Assembly: GCA_963665075.1 (NCBI GenBank)
Contig: OY762063.1
Location: forward strand, 630,844-694,843
Source of the DNA: Dehalococcoidia bacterium
Lineage (GTDB): Bacteria; Chloroflexota; Dehalococcoidia; Lucifugimonadales; GCA-2712585
DNA length: 64,000 nt
Direction of reading: 5' to 3'
Positions 10,298 through 19,610 of the stretch are shown here, in pieces (position 1 is the stretch's first letter; every line of letters begins with the position of its first letter). A program made the translations under genes and the position numbers. The notes under the pieces were generated by a model. That model was not told where the DNA came from and searched no databases. It saw only the letters and a list, made by a program, of their open reading frames with translations.

Positions 10298-11977
10298 CTA
10301 TCGGGCGGACTGCCGGCGGGCGATCATTGCGTCGGCGAGGGGGCTTTGGGCGGGGTTGATGTCGATGTCAATGAGCGACGGCTGCCCCGAATCCAACGCT
10401 CGTTGCACCGCAGGCCCCATTTCGGACGCAGTTTTCACGTGGCCGCCGTGGCCGCCGATGGCTTCCACCAGACGGTCGTAGCGCATGGGCCGCAAGTCCG
10501 TTGCCACAGCGCGTCCGAAGTAGGCCAGCTGGAAGTTCTTGTCGATGCTCCAGGTTGCGTCGTTGCCCAGAATCGTCACGAAGGGCAGGTTATGACGTAG
10601 GGCCGTGTCGTATTCCATTGCGTAGAAGCCCAGGGATCCGTCGCCCATCATCAGGAACACCTTGGCTGTCGGGTGAGCCAGCCGCGCCGCCAAGGCGTAG
10701 GGCAGGCCGAAACCCAGATGCGAAAGCGGCCCAAGTCGAAGCCAGCGTCCGGTTTTCTGCGCGCTTAGGTAGCTCCGACCCCATTGGACAAAGTCGCCGC
10801 CGTCGAAGACCAGCACCGTATCGTCATCGATGAACGGCTTGATTTCCTGAAATACGCGGACGGGATGCATCGGCGAATCATCTACCGCCAACGCCTCCAT
10901 CGCCCGCAGTTGCGCCTCACGGCTGGCGGCAAGAGTTGCGGTCCATCCAGACAGATTCTTCCACGTCTTCCCCCGCGCCGCTTCCGTCAACTGGCCGACG
11001 GCGGCGCCGATGTGACCCAGAATCCCCATCGCCACGCCCCGGTTGCGCCCCAACTCGTTGGCGTCCGGGTCAATCTGAATCAGCTTGGCGTCATCGTGGA
11101 AGTAGGGCGGCATCCCGTAGCGGTAGCGATGGTCCAGACGCTTCCCCAAAAGAAGCACGGCATCGGCCTCGCGGAAGTGGCGGGCGGCGTGGTTCAACGC
11201 GGCGTCGGCGTATCCGAAGCAGAGAGGATGGCCGTCGGCCACCATCCCCCGCGCCTGCTCCACAGTGAAGATGGGCAAGCCGGTGGTCTCTACGAAGTCC
11301 GTCAGTTCTTCGGTGTTGGTCTGATAGCGGGCGGCGTTGGCGGCCACCACCACCGGCCTTTCCGCACCCGCCAGAACTTCCGCCGCTTCGTCAATCAGCC
11401 GTGGGTCCGCCGGATTCCGGCCCTGGTGTCGGTACTCGGCGGGGGAATATCGGGGCAGTTCCTTTTCCGAAATGACCGCCTCCTGTATATCCATAGGAAT
11501 AGACAGATGCGTCGGCCCCGGCCTGCCGGACAGCGCCGTCCTGAAGGCGGAAGCTATCAGGTCGGCGACGCGGGACTTGTGGTGAACCATCCACGAACCC
11601 TTGGTCATGGGGCGGGCGATGCCAATTTGGTCGACTTCCTGGAAGGAGTACATGCCGTGTTCCGGCAGCTCGCTGCAACCGGCGACGAACACGACGGGAC
11701 TCTCGGATGTGTAGATGTTGGGCAGGCCGGAGATGGCGTTGGAGAAGCCCGGCCCGCCCGTGACCATCGCCACCGACGGCTCACCGGTGATGCGACACCA
11801 GGCGTCGGCCATGCCCATCGCGGCGGCTTCGTGGCGGGTGTCGATGAGCTCGATGCCTTCGTCGACGGCGGCGTCGCAGAGGGGGAGGATGGTATCGCCG
11901 ACGATGGTGAAGATGCGGCGGATGCCTTCCAGCTTCAGGCATCGCATGACAAGGTGTGCTCCGGTCAACTTGGGCAT
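10298..11977 (-). CDS. Thiamine-pyrophosphate-dependent enzyme (acetolactate synthase large-subunit-like)
   Basis: 559 aa. N-terminal TPP-pyrimidine domain and C-terminal GDGSLGFYAMEYDTA...N TPP-binding motif. Confidence 0.8.
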   Translation of the reverse strand: MPKLTGAHLVMRCLKLEGIRRIFTIVGDTILPLCDAAVDEGIELIDTRHEAAAMGMADAWCRITGEPSVAMVTGGPGFSNAISGLPNIYTSESPVVFVAGCSELPEHGMYSFQEVDQIGIARPMTKGSWMVHHKSRVADLIASAFRTALSGRPGPTHLSIPMDIQEAVISEKELPRYSPAEYRHQGRNPADPRLIDEAAEVLAGAERPVVVAANAARYQTNTEELTDFVETTGLPIFTVEQARGMVADGHPLCFGYADAALNHAARHFREADAVLLLGKRLDHRYRYGMPPYFHDDAKLIQIDPDANELGRNRGVAMGILGHIGAAVGQLTEAARGKTWKNLSGWTATLAASREAQLRAMEALAVDDSPMHPVRVFQEIKPFIDDDTVLVFDGGDFVQWGRSYLSAQKTGRWLRLGPLSHLGFGLPYALAARLAHPTAKVFLMMGDGSLGFYAMEYDTALRHNLPFVTILGNDATWSIDKNFQLAYFGRAVATDLRPMRYDRLVEAIGGHGGHVKTASEMGPAVQRALDSGQPSLIDIDINPAQSPLADAMIARRQSAR

Positions 11978-12385
11978 GGTACCTCCGGCAAATTTTTGTG
12001 ATACAGAGTCGCTAAAACAATTGAAACAATTGGGAATTTGAGACTGGGATTGGGGAATTGTTTCAGGATTGAATTCCTTCCGTCAGCTTTGGCGATGAAT
12101 TGTCTTGGTAAACAATGTAATTGAATTTGGGAGCGTTTCAGGCATGAATCGGTGGGTTTTGGGGAATTGTTATTGTTTTTCCGAGATTCGGGCGCATATT
12201 ATGATACTGAATATCAGATATGTAAGGCTGCGGCAGGGCGCGGGATGAGAATTTGGGCGAACGGGCGGCGTTCTTCATAGGGATACGTTAGCAGGGTAGG
12301 GGGCGGCTTGGCAACGGGAAAGTGTCACTTATGAGCACATCGTGATTGAAGCTACAACCGGGCGTGTGCTATACTGCGTGGCGGA

Positions 12386-12462
12386 CGGGGCGTGGCGCAG
12401 CCCGGGAGCGCACCTGCATGGGGTGCAGGGGGTCGGTGGTTCAAATCCACTCGCCCCGACCA
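12386..12462 (+). tRNA. tRNA-Pro (anticodon GGG), CCA encoded
   Basis: Manual cloverleaf: acceptor CGGGGCG/CGCCCCG, anticodon stem CCTGC/GCAGG, loop ATGGGGT, T-loop TTCAAAT. TATACT box ~15 nt upstream. Confidence 0.85.
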
Positions 12463-12733
12463 TTTTTCCTTCCCCACTTCTGGATTCCGGCTTTCGCGAG
12501 AGTTGTATGTGTCAGGTGTTGTATGTGTCAGGTAATGACGAAGGGCTAGGAGGGGCGTCATCCACCAGAACGAGATTCTTCGTCGCGGAGCCTCCTCAGA
12601 ATGACATATAGGGTAGGATGCTCGACCCTGCGACAGGCTCAGGGTGAGTGGGGGAGGCACCCTCACCTTAATCCTCTCCCTCAAGGGAGAGGAGAGAAGA
12701 GGCGGGAATGAGGGAGGGGGCGATGGGTAAAGC

Positions 12734-14185
12734 CTAGCCGCCGATTGCGGACAAATCAGGCTCTTTCTTGTACCAGCCCGCCCGACGTTCGTAGGCGTGG
12801 GCCAAACCCAACACCGTCGCTTCCTCGAAGGGGCGTCCGCCTATTTGCAGGCCGATGGGCATTCCGTCCTCTCCGGACGTGAATCCGCAGGGGACGCTGA
12901 TGGCCGGGATGCCCGCCAATGGATGGGCGGGGGTGACCATGTAGGGCGCTTCTATCAGCCATTCAATCACGGACTCTTTCGTAACCGGAGGAGTCTCTTT
13001 ATTGACAGGCGCCGCGACTGATTCAACCGTCGGCGTAACGAGCACGTCCACCTCCTCAAACGCCGCCATCACCTGCCGGCGCAGCAGTTCCCTCAGCTTC
13101 TGCGCCTTGTAGTAGAACTCCGCCGGTAGTACGCTGCCAACCAGGTAGGTGATGGGCAGTTCCTCGTCTTCGTCGAGCAGGCAGTTCCGCGCCAAATCGC
13201 GATAGAGGGCGGTGGCTTCCACGAAAAGAATTCCCCACATTATCAGGTTGCCGTAGGCCGCCAGGGGGATGGAAACCTCCCGCAGCGTCGCGCCCATGCC
13301 GCCCATCTCCTCCACGGCCTTCAACACCGCGCCCTGCACCTCCGAATCCACGAAGTCCCCCATCGTCAACTCCTTGACGATGCCGACTCGCAACCCGCGG
13401 GCGTCCTGCTTCAACGCCTTTCTATAATCTGGAACCTCCCTGGTTGACGAAAAAGCATCGCGCGGGTCAGGCCCGGCGATGGCGCTGAGCGTGATGGCGC
13501 AGTCCTCGACGGTGCGGGCCATCGGGCCAAGGGCGTCCATAGACCAGCCCCCGGCGAAGACGCCAAATCGGCTGATCAATCCCCACGTCGGACGCAGCCC
13601 CACTATGCCGCACCAGGACGCGGGCGACCGGATGGAGCCTCCCGTGTCCTCTCCTAACGCCGTGGCGCATAGACGGGCCGCCGCTGCTGCCGCCGACCCG
13701 CTGCTGGAACCGCCGGTGGAGCGGTCAAGATTCCACGGATTCCGTGCCGATGGGAAAGAACGGCGGAACATCCCCGCGCCCGCGAACTCCCCCATGTGCA
13801 GCTTGCCGAGAATTACCGCGCCGCCGGCCTTCAACTTCGATACCACCGTCGCGTCCTCCGGCGGGACGTGGTCGCGCAGCAGCGTCGAGCCGTTGGTGGT
13901 GGGCATATCCGACGTCCATATCTGGTCCTTCAACGCCACCGGCACTCCCTGCAACGGCCCGCGGCGCATCCCCGCCATGAAGTCTCGCTCCGCCTGCCGC
14001 GCCTGCGCCAACGCCGAATCCGCCGCCACCGTCAGATAGGCCCTCAACGTCGAGTCCAGAGATTCTATCCGACGCAGATACGCCTCCGTCGCCTCCACCG
14101 GCGACACTTGCCGCGCCGCCATCAGGTCCGACAGGCGAGCCGCGGTTAGACGAGTAAGCTCTGAATCAGTCATGTCTACCTCCAA
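12734..14185 (-). CDS. Amidase (amidase-signature family, GatA-like)
   Basis: GGSSSGSAAAAAA and GEDTGGSIRSPAS amidase-signature motifs. Confidence 0.8.
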   Translation of the reverse strand: MEVDMTDSELTRLTAARLSDLMAARQVSPVEATEAYLRRIESLDSTLRAYLTVAADSALAQARQAERDFMAGMRRGPLQGVPVALKDQIWTSDMPTTNGSTLLRDHVPPEDATVVSKLKAGGAVILGKLHMGEFAGAGMFRRSFPSARNPWNLDRSTGGSSSGSAAAAAARLCATALGEDTGGSIRSPASWCGIVGLRPTWGLISRFGVFAGGWSMDALGPMARTVEDCAITLSAIAGPDPRDAFSSTREVPDYRKALKQDARGLRVGIVKELTMGDFVDSEVQGAVLKAVEEMGGMGATLREVSIPLAAYGNLIMWGILFVEATALYRDLARNCLLDEDEELPITYLVGSVLPAEFYYKAQKLRELLRRQVMAAFEEVDVLVTPTVESVAAPVNKETPPVTKESVIEWLIEAPYMVTPAHPLAGIPAISVPCGFTSGEDGMPIGLQIGGRPFEEATVLGLAHAYERRAGWYKKEPDLSAIGG

Positions 14186-14471
14186 ACGGAGATTTTTGCG
14201 TAACTTCCAAATGTGTCATCTACTCGACCCGAATCACCCCCATCTCAATCTTCCCCCGTCAAGGGGGAACAGGTTTAAGAGCCGCTTTGGGAGGGTTATG
14301 CAAAGGTCTCCATAAAGGGGGAAGAGGCTAATTGGCACTCTTCAGGGGGTTATGTAAAGGTCTCCAAACGAGGGTGTTATGTGAACCCTATACGCAACAA
14401 GCAGGAAGGGCAAGGGATTTTCTTCCCCTGCCCTTCGAGATTGCGCGATTCAAGTCTTACCGCTTGTCGGT

Positions 14472-16391
14472 CTACTTGTACACCGGCACCGAAAACTCGT
14501 GGTAGCGCGTCGGGCCGAAGAAGCCGAAGTTCACGTCGTAACCCTCAACCACGCCGGGGTCGTAGGCCACCTTGTTGGAGAGGAAGAACAACGGGATGAT
14601 TACGTGGTTTTCGTACAGCCACGTGCCCATCGCCTGCCCCGTGCGGAGGATGTCCTCCGGCAAGATCGACTCCTGGGTTTCGGCGAACAGCGCGTCAAGT
14701 TCGTGGAACTCCCACTGGGACTCCGTGCCGCCGCTCACGCTGCTGATGGCGTACCGACCGTTGTTCCGAATGGAAAGTGGGTCGCTGCCCACGCCGTAGA
14801 GCATACTCGTAATCGTCTGGCCCATGTCCCGGTTGCGCCACTGCTCCAGCAACGGCCCGAATTCCATCTCGGTCAGATCGACGTTCACGCCAATTTCTCT
14901 CCAGAAGCCGATGACGGCCTCCGCCACGTCCTGGGCCTCAGGCACGCCGCTCAGCTTGGTGGTGATGAAGCCGATGTCAACGCCGTCGGCGTAGCCCGCT
15001 TCCGCCAGAAGCGCCTTGGCCCTGTCCTGGTCGAAGGGGTAGGGATTCCAGTCGGGATGATAGTCGGAGCGTGTCGGCGGGATGCCCAGGATGGTCTGGA
15101 GGATGCCCTCGCCGTCGAAGAAGATGTCGTTGATGGTGTCCCGGTCGATGGCGTAGTTCAACGCCATCCGCACCCGCAAATCCCGGAGGGGGTCGCCTTC
15201 GACGTAGCCCGGCGCGAGGGGGTGTTCCTCGCCCTTGCGGGAGCCTAGCTTGATTTCCACGGGTTCGTCGTAGTACAGCCCGCCAATCATCATAAAGAGA
15301 TTGGTTCCCGGCAGGGCGCTGGTGGCCACGCCGAATCCGGCGTCCGTTGCCTGTGGCAACAGCGACTTGTCCACCTCCGAAATCGCTACTTCCTGGGTCA
15401 GCAGCATGGCGATGCGGGTGGCGCTCTCCGGCGTGTAGAAGAACTGCAACTCGTGGAACTCGGGCGTCTTCCTCCAGTGGTCTTCCACCCGTTCGTAGAG
15501 CATGTGGGAACCGATTGCCAACTCAACGAATTTGAAGGAGCCGGTGCCGACTGGGTGGTCCAGGTAGCCCTCCTCGCCGACGGCGTCCCAGTAGTCCTGG
15601 CTGATGATTCCGGCAACGTTGCCTTCCGCGAGCCAGCCTTCGCCCAGAGGCTCCAGCCTGTCGAGAATCCACACTACCTCGTGATCGTTGACTATGTCGA
15701 AGTTCTGGTCCTGCACGCCAAGGTTTCGCCACTGGCTGCCCGCGGAGAGGGAGTCCTCCCGGCCCGCCGTCTGAAGGGTCAGCTTGAAGTCCTTGGCGGT
15801 GAAGTTCGTGCCGGTGTAGCCGTCTGTCGAATGGAAGGGGATGCCTTCCCTCAGCATAAGCGTCCAACTCATGGCGTCGGGCGACATGCTCCAATCATGG
15901 GCCAGCATGGTGTTTTCGTACTCGCCGTTGAAGCGGTTAGTGTTGATGATGAATTCGTACATGGGCTTCATCGGGCCGGTTTCGCTGGTGAAGGTCTTCC
16001 ACATCATGGTCACCTGCGCGCCCGGCGGCACCTTGCTCACCTTCAACCGCGGATCGACGGGCATCTTGGGAGCCATCGTCGCCGTAGGCGTCGGCATTGG
16101 CGTAGCCGTCGGGGTCGGCGCAGGCGTCGGAGCCGGTGTAGTGGGTCGGGCCGTGGCCGCCGGCGTGGGCCGGGGCGTCGCCGCGGGGGTGGACGGCATT
16201 GCCGTTGGAGTCGGCGCGGGAGTGGACGGCATCGCCGTAGGGGGTGGCGCAGCCGTTGGCGCGGGCGTCGGTTGCGGCGTCGCCTCCGGCTCATCGTCGC
16301 CGCCGCAGGCGATGATGACCAGGCTCAACAGCAGGAGCGCTCCAAATGCCGCCAGCATGACGCCAAAGGAAGATTTTCTAAACAACTTCAT
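14472..16391 (-). CDS. ABC transporter substrate-binding lipoprotein, family 5, with Pro/Thr/Ala linker
   Basis: Lipobox IIACGG and a ~90-aa PTPAPTAMPSTPA repeat linker, followed by an SBP_bac_5-like body (YERVEDHWRKTPEF). Confidence 0.8.
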   Translation of the reverse strand: MKLFRKSSFGVMLAAFGALLLLSLVIIACGGDDEPEATPQPTPAPTAAPPPTAMPSTPAPTPTAMPSTPAATPRPTPAATARPTTPAPTPAPTPTATPMPTPTATMAPKMPVDPRLKVSKVPPGAQVTMMWKTFTSETGPMKPMYEFIINTNRFNGEYENTMLAHDWSMSPDAMSWTLMLREGIPFHSTDGYTGTNFTAKDFKLTLQTAGREDSLSAGSQWRNLGVQDQNFDIVNDHEVVWILDRLEPLGEGWLAEGNVAGIISQDYWDAVGEEGYLDHPVGTGSFKFVELAIGSHMLYERVEDHWRKTPEFHELQFFYTPESATRIAMLLTQEVAISEVDKSLLPQATDAGFGVATSALPGTNLFMMIGGLYYDEPVEIKLGSRKGEEHPLAPGYVEGDPLRDLRVRMALNYAIDRDTINDIFFDGEGILQTILGIPPTRSDYHPDWNPYPFDQDRAKALLAEAGYADGVDIGFITTKLSGVPEAQDVAEAVIGFWREIGVNVDLTEMEFGPLLEQWRNRDMGQTITSMLYGVGSDPLSIRNNGRYAISSVSGGTESQWEFHELDALFAETQESILPEDILRTGQAMGTWLYENHVIIPLFFLSNKVAYDPGVVEGYDVNFGFFGPTRYHEFSVPVYK

Positions 16392-16558
16392 GGCATTCCA
16401 CCCCTTTGATTCAGGATTGATGGGATACGACGGGAAAACTGCCCCGCCGATGTCCGTATGCTAGACACCGCCAATTCCAATGTCAAGACAAGGGGCAGGC
16501 GTCAAGAATCCTTGCGACGAATCCAATATATTCTGAGGGTAACAGCTGCGCTTTTCGT

Positions 16559-17446
16559 CTACGGATAGTTCTCCAACCACCAGCGGGCAATGTCTATCCT
16601 GCGGGCGAACCAGACGTTGGGCTGGGACGTGGCGTACTCCAGAAACTGGCGCAGCCCCGCCGCGCGGGAGGGCTTGCCGATGATGCGGCAGTGCAGCCCG
16701 ACGGACATCATCTTGGGGTGCGTCGCCCCTTCCTTATATAGGAGGTCGAAAGTCCCCCGCGCCACGTGGTGGAAGTGCTCCGGCATGGTCATGCCGCCGC
16801 GCCAGAATTTCGTGTCGTTCACCTCCAGCGAGTACGGAATCACCAGCCACTTCTTGCCGTTCACGTTGGTGTAGTAGGGCAGGTCGTCGTTGTAGGAGTT
16901 GCAATCGTAGATGAAGCCGCCTTCTTCCACCACAAGCTCCCGCGTGTTGACGCTGGGCCCATAGCGGCAATACCAACCCAGGGGTCGCTGGCCCGTGGTC
17001 CGTTCGATGGACTCGACGGCGTTCCGAATCGCCTCCCGTTCCTCATCCTTGCTCATGCGGAAATACTCCTCCCACCTGTTGCCGTGGCCGAAGACCTCGT
17101 GTCCGCGCGCCGTTATCTCCCGCGCCACGTCCGGGTTGCGCTCCAACGCCAGAGCGCAGCAGTAGAACGTCGCCTTGACGTTGAACTCGTCCAGGATGTT
17201 CATAATCCGCCACACCCCTACGCGGCTGCCGTATTCGAAGAAGGACTCGTTGGCCAGATCCCGTTCGCCAACCGGCACCGGCGAAGGCACCTCCCCCATC
17301 GACTCCCCGTGGGCGTCGCCGTCGAGCAGCGAATACTCGGAGCCTTCCTCGTAGTTGACCACCACCGAAACGGCGATTTTCGCGTCGTTGGGCCACTGAA
17401 TCACCGGCGGATTGGGGCCGTATCCAACAAAGTCTCTCTCTTCCAT
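16559..17446 (-). CDS. Polysaccharide-deacetylase-fold hydrolase, PuuE-allantoinase-like
   Basis: FVGYGPNPP..WPN..KIAVSVVVNYEEGSE and GHEVFGHGNRWE resemble PuuE / urate-catabolism deacetylases. The ATG at 17446 has AGGAGA upstream. Confidence 0.65.
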   Translation of the reverse strand: MEERDFVGYGPNPPVIQWPNDAKIAVSVVVNYEEGSEYSLLDGDAHGESMGEVPSPVPVGERDLANESFFEYGSRVGVWRIMNILDEFNVKATFYCCALALERNPDVAREITARGHEVFGHGNRWEEYFRMSKDEEREAIRNAVESIERTTGQRPLGWYCRYGPSVNTRELVVEEGGFIYDCNSYNDDLPYYTNVNGKKWLVIPYSLEVNDTKFWRGGMTMPEHFHHVARGTFDLLYKEGATHPKMMSVGLHCRIIGKPSRAAGLRQFLEYATSQPNVWFARRIDIARWWLENYP

Positions 17447-17598
17447 CAGCGCATCTCCTATCATTGTTCGGGCTTGATTCAGTATACAGCAGATTCGGCA
17501 ACATTCCATTTGCCTTTTTCAATCCGACAACTTAAACTAGCCCTTGCGCTCAACCCAACCCGGTTGAGCCAACGCAAACCTCCCAGGAGGCGAATTCA

Positions 17599-19524
17599 AT
17601 GAGAATCTTCCCATCCGCGAAAATCTTCCTGCTGCTGGCGATGGTCGTTTTGGCGACGGCCATAATCGTCGCTTGCGGCGATGACGCTGCGGACGAGCCC
17701 GCGCCCGCGGCGACGCCCGCCGCGCCGGCTCCGCAGCCAACCCCGGCCCCGACGGCTATGCCGGCCACACCGGCGCCAACGGCCATGCCCGCGACGCCAA
17801 CGGCTATGCCGGCTACACCGGCGCCGACGGCCAGGCCCGCTCCGCCGCCGACCGCCATGCCCACGCCAACCGGCCCCACCCGAGTAATCGTCCCGCCCAC
17901 GGCGGCGCCCGCGGCTACGCCGGTTCCCACGGCGATGGCGCCCAAGGTTCCCGTGCAATCCAGGCTGAGGGTCGCCATTCCGCCGCCCCAGTACCAGTCG
18001 CTCGCCATGTTCGACAGCGTCGAAGGCATCCTGCCCAACATGGAGCACGTCGTAGGCGTCGACTCCGAAACGGGCGTGGTTGACTTCAGCAGGCTCGCCG
18101 AGGAGTGGAGCATGTCCGACGACGGCACCGTCTGGAACTTCAAGCTCCGCGAGGGCATCCCCTTCCATACAGCCCCCGACTTCAACGGAGGAGAGTTGAC
18201 TGCCCTGGACGTGATTGAAACCCTTCAGGTTCTCGGCTCCGACCTCTCCAACCGGCCTACCATCTGGACCAACTTCGGCGTCGAGAACTCCAACTTCGAC
18301 GCCGTCGGGCGGTACGAACTGAACTGGATACTGAACGGCCCCGCTGCGGACATTGCCAACTGGCTCAGCCCGCAAACCCCCTCCGGCGTCATCAGTTCCG
18401 CCTACTTCAGGGCAAAGGGCGAGCAGGGCTACCTCACCCACCCCGTCGGCACCGGCCCGTTCAAGTTCAGCGAAGTCACCTTCGGACAGTACCTCCGCTA
18501 CGAGCGGGTGGAAGACCACTGGCGGAAGACTTCCGAGTTCCCCGAACTCGAATACCTCTTCGGCCCTGAAGACGCCACCCGTCTCGCCATGCTTCTGGCC
18601 CAGGAAGTGCACATCGCCGACGTTCCGCGCGCGCTTCTTCCCGAGGCCGCCCAGCGAGGCTTCGTCGTCGTCACCGGCTCACGGCCGGGCATGACCGTCT
18701 TCGTCTTCATCGGCGGCCAGTACTACGACGGCGAAAGGACGTACCTGGCAGGCCCGAAGAAGGGCCAGACGGAACCCGTCGCCCCCGGCTACGACCCCAC
18801 CGATCCCTTCCGGGACGTGCGGGTGCGGAAGGCCCTGAACCTGGCCATCAACAAGGAAGAGATAATCGACACCTTCTGGGGAGCGGCGGCCATACCGCAG
18901 GCCCAGTTCAGCCTCACCCCCAACCACCCCGATCACAAGGCTGAATGGACGCCTTATCCCTACGACCCGGACGAAGCCCGTCGCCTGCTGGTCGAGGCCG
19001 GCTACGAAGACGGCTTCGAGTTCGACTTCCAGACGGCCAAGGTCAGCGGCGTGCCGGAAGTGCCGGAAGTCGCGGAGGTCATCACCCAATACTGGTCGGA
19101 AGTGGGCCTCACGCCCAAGCTGCTGGAGCTCGGCTCCTTCAGCCAGATCCGCTCCCTGTACCGGGCGCGCGACATCGGACGCTACGCCTACCCCGTCCGC
19201 TACAGCATCAACCGCTTCGGCACCAACACCTGCTACCCCATGAGCAACGTGGCCGGCGGCTGCGGCTCTCCCCAGTGGGAGTACGACGACCTGGACCAGA
19301 TTTTCATCAATCTGCGTAACGCCGTTCAGCCCGATGAGATCAGGCGCTTGACCCACGAGATGGGAGACTACCTGTACAACAACTACATCATCATTCCCAT
19401 CGCCTTCCTGTTCCCGCAGGCGGCCTACGACCCGGGCGTCATAGCCGATCCCGGTTTCGCTCGATACATGGTTGACCAGGGTCCGACGGAGGGATTGGAA
19501 TACACCGTGCCCGTGTATCAGTAG
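17599..19524 (+). CDS. ABC transporter substrate-binding lipoprotein, family 5, with Pro/Ala/Thr linker
   Basis: AGGAGG RBS, lipobox IVACGD and a PAPTAMPATP repeat linker, followed by an SBP_bac_5-like body (YERVEDHWRKTSEF). Confidence 0.8.
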   Translation: MRIFPSAKIFLLLAMVVLATAIIVACGDDAADEPAPAATPAAPAPQPTPAPTAMPATPAPTAMPATPTAMPATPAPTARPAPPPTAMPTPTGPTRVIVPPTAAPAATPVPTAMAPKVPVQSRLRVAIPPPQYQSLAMFDSVEGILPNMEHVVGVDSETGVVDFSRLAEEWSMSDDGTVWNFKLREGIPFHTAPDFNGGELTALDVIETLQVLGSDLSNRPTIWTNFGVENSNFDAVGRYELNWILNGPAADIANWLSPQTPSGVISSAYFRAKGEQGYLTHPVGTGPFKFSEVTFGQYLRYERVEDHWRKTSEFPELEYLFGPEDATRLAMLLAQEVHIADVPRALLPEAAQRGFVVVTGSRPGMTVFVFIGGQYYDGERTYLAGPKKGQTEPVAPGYDPTDPFRDVRVRKALNLAINKEEIIDTFWGAAAIPQAQFSLTPNHPDHKAEWTPYPYDPDEARRLLVEAGYEDGFEFDFQTAKVSGVPEVPEVAEVITQYWSEVGLTPKLLELGSFSQIRSLYRARDIGRYAYPVRYSINRFGTNTCYPMSNVAGGCGSPQWEYDDLDQIFINLRNAVQPDEIRRLTHEMGDYLYNNYIIIPIAFLFPQAAYDPGVIADPGFARYMVDQGPTEGLEYTVPVYQ

Positions 19525-19552
19525 CGGCGATAGACCATAGTTGACCCTGACC

Positions 19553-19588
19553 GAGGCCCCTTCCAGCGCGGAGGGGCCTCGACTTTTT
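19553..19588 (+). terminator. Rho-independent terminator after the SBP gene
   Basis: 9-bp stem GAGGCCCCT/AGGGGCCTC and a 10-nt loop, followed by GACTTTTT. Confidence 0.65.
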
Positions 19589-19610
19589 CACGAAAGGAGA
19601 GCGTAGGCTT

